Part shown: positions 61,501 through 64,000 of the stretch, in pieces | Position numbering within the stretch: the first letter of the stretch is position 1 | Layout: each line of letters starts with the position of its first letter | NCBI GenBank assembly: GCA_043228905.1 | Contig: JBHGNT010000006.1 | Location: forward strand, 10,726,001-10,790,000 | Length of the DNA stretch: 64,000 nt | DNA from: Azolla caroliniana | Taxonomy: Eukaryota; Plantae; Polypodiophyta | Direction: 5' to 3' | Notes under the pieces: model-generated | What the model was told of the DNA's origin: nothing | The model's input: only the letters and a program-made list of their open reading frames with translations | Databases searched by the model: none | Translations under genes and position numbers: made by a program

Positions 61501-64000
61501 AATCTGAGAAGATCGAGAACACCCGATCTTTGGTTCTGATGGGGTAAGCCCACACCTTCCGAGTCGAGTCGTCAATGAAACTGACGAAGTACGAGGCACC
61601 ACCGAGTGACTGATGTGGCATCGGGCCACAGACGTCCGAGTGGACCAAATCGAGCGGGCTCGACTCTCTTGGTGCTGATGTCGGGTGTGATGTGGCTACC
61701 TGTTTGCCGTATTGGCAATGCTCGCAAAACTGATGGTCTGAGAAGGAGAGTTTTGGGATGTATCCGGCTCTGGATAAGTGCGTGATGCCGGCCTTGCTGA
61801 GGTGTCCAAGTCGTCCATGCCATAAGGATGACACAGGGATATCTCTCAGAAATAAGTCACCCTCTCTGAGTGTGACATACAAAGGGTACAATGAGTGTAC
61901 CTTTGGTCCTCTAGCAAACAGGAGGTTCCCTCTGTGGAGTGTCCACCCTCCTGATGAGAAACTAGCACGGATGCCAGCTTCATCAAGTTGTCCGACTGAG
62001 ATCAGGGGTCGTGAGAGCTTAGGAACATGTCGGACGTTGTGTAGTACGAGTGTAGAGCCACCCGGAAGGTTGAGCTCTACGGTGCCGATTCTGATGATAG
62101 CACAATGCTACGAATTTCCGACTCGAGCTGAGTCGGAGTGCCAGTCCGAATATTGCCGAAACTGTGATCGGTGAGGTGTCACGTGATACGACGCGCCCGA
62201 GTCCAGAAGCCATGTGCTCGATTCCTCAGTCGTAAGCAGAACTTCTGATTCGACTGGATTCTCTATGGACAATATGTTCGGGTCGGTCGTCAATATCTCG
62301 GCTAAAGAGCCGACGTAGTTGACTTCCTCATGCCGGTTACTCCTATGATTAGCTCTCTGAGCTTTGTCTGTCTTTGACTTGAGTACCCGACAGTCGGCCT
62401 TGATGTGTCCTAGTTTCTTGCAGTAGTTGCAGATTCGGGTTTCCCGGGACTTGCTGCGGCTTCGCTGATTTGTCGGCGGTCAGGAAGAACTTCTTCCTTG
62501 GTTGTTCGATCGGTCGGTCGAACCTTGTACTACATAGGCTTCTTCTGCCGAGTCTTTGGGGAAAGAATTTCTCCGAGCTGCTTCAGTCAGGATTGCACTT
62601 GTGACTTCAGAGTACTTGATGGTAGTTGTAGAAGCGTTGCACACAGTTGTAACGAAGGTTTCCCAAGAGGAGGGGAGACTGCTCATGAGTATCATTGCTC
62701 TGAGTTCATCCTCGATTGTCGTCCCCTGTGACGAGATTTGGGAGCTCAAAGTTTCGTACTCGTTAAGGTGTGCCTGAACCGAATCGGAGTCTTTCATCCG
62801 CAAGTTGTAGAGGCGCCGAATCAAATACATCTTCGTTGAGGCGACCTTCTTTTCGTAGGTTTCTGACAGCTTCTTCCAAAGTTCGAAGGCTGTCGTGCAC
62901 GATTGCACTGTGAAGTACACTGACTCCGACAGGTGCATCCGGATCGTGGCGCGGACGATTCTGTCCAGCTTCTGCCACTCATTTGCCTTGTATATTTCTG
63001 GAGCAGTTTCATTCTCAATCGGATCGATCTGACCCTTGACTATAAGATACTCCTGCATTTGCTCCTTCCAAAAATTGAAGTTCGAACCGTCGAACCTCCT
63101 TAGACTCATTTCCGATGAGCCGGATATTGATGCCATCAGATTCGGTTTCGGTTGACGAAGCTCGGTTCGGAGTTGACTACGAACCTTGTTGGAGTGCAGC
63201 CGGTCGGCTCACCCGATATCGTTCTAGTCGGATTTGAACCCGAGTTGGTTCGGCTTCGGATATATGTATTGTTGAACTTGCTCGAATTGACTCCGGTAAC
63301 TTGAGGGACAGAACCGACTGATCTTCCCGAATGTTGCTGAGTCGGAGTGAGCCCGGTTCGCTTCCGAATATATATGCCAAATACCGATTATTGAAACCGA
63401 TTGTCTGGACCGATTCTGCTTCGGGTGACTGCAGCGACGAGAGAGATGGATCCAATTGATCCTCGCGAATGTCGATCAGCCGGATGACGCACGAATTGGG
63501 GTTGTTGTCTTGAGACCGATCTGCACCGAGTGATTACAATGGGCTGCGAGCAACGTTCGATGACCTGTTCGGATGCCGTTTAACCGAGTGGAGCACGATC
63601 GTGTCAATGTTGCACAAGGGGATTTCACCTCGAGCGGTTACGATCACAAGGAATAGAGTATAGCCAACTGGCTTACTCCAAGCGAATATGATCTAACGCG
63701 ATGAGATGCAAGCCTCGTTTTTCTTCTTCTTCTCTCTTCTCTGTTTCTTCAAATACAAAGAAAAAAAAACAGAATGTTGTGATCCAAAGATTCGAATGGC
63801 GGCCGACAGCGGGATGAAGGACATCCAAGCTCTGATACCAAATGCAGGGAATGAACAAGGCCGTCAGTGCGGAAGAGATCACACAGTATGAATCTGTGAG
63901 GAAGAAATACCTGCGTATGAGAGAGGCAAGAACAAAATACGTACAGGGAGAGAGAGAGAGAGGCACAAAGCATATATCTATATTCATAAAAGGGCAACAG
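58596..64000 (-). mobile_element. Ty1/copia element J; 3' LTR 58596-58918, 5' LTR from 63843 past the window end
   Basis: LTR copies match. PBS TGGTATCAGAGC at 63829-63840, PPT GGGGGAG near 58919. Gag from 63136, knuckle CNYCKKLGHIKADC, WLLDSGASYH, VHSDVCG, TDNGGEF, QLDVKTAFLHG, YTDSD. Stops and frameshifts present. Confidence 0.95.

Overview
Eukaryotic land-plant nuclear DNA, most likely a non-seed plant such as a fern (inferred from element types and microsatellite density, not proven). An AT-rich gene island (~18.5-39 kb) sits between two nests of LTR retrotransposons. The island holds three host genes: a 9-exon PRDA1-like chloroplast gene (+), an intronless ATL-type RING-H2 E3 ligase (-) and a 3-exon gene of an uncharacterised plant family (-). 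The left nest is four levels deep (Gypsy C < Copia B < Copia A1 < Copia A2), plus a solo LTR. In the right nest a decayed Copia (F) carries three insertions: Copia G, Gypsy H, and LTR I, which itself holds Copia J. Four insertions show both copies of a 5-bp target-site duplication (TSD). Most notable: (1) Gypsy H carries a large extra sense ORF (~865 codons, plant-mobile-domain-like N-terminus plus long coiled coil) behind a 37-nt poly(A) tract; (2) TATA-like motifs in several LTR families sit in inverted repeats with a compensatory base change; (3) unrelated elements are strongly CCGG-rich; (4) an LTR with a 7x105-bp array ends ~235 bp before the PRDA1 start. All boundaries and counts were read by eye and no database search was run.
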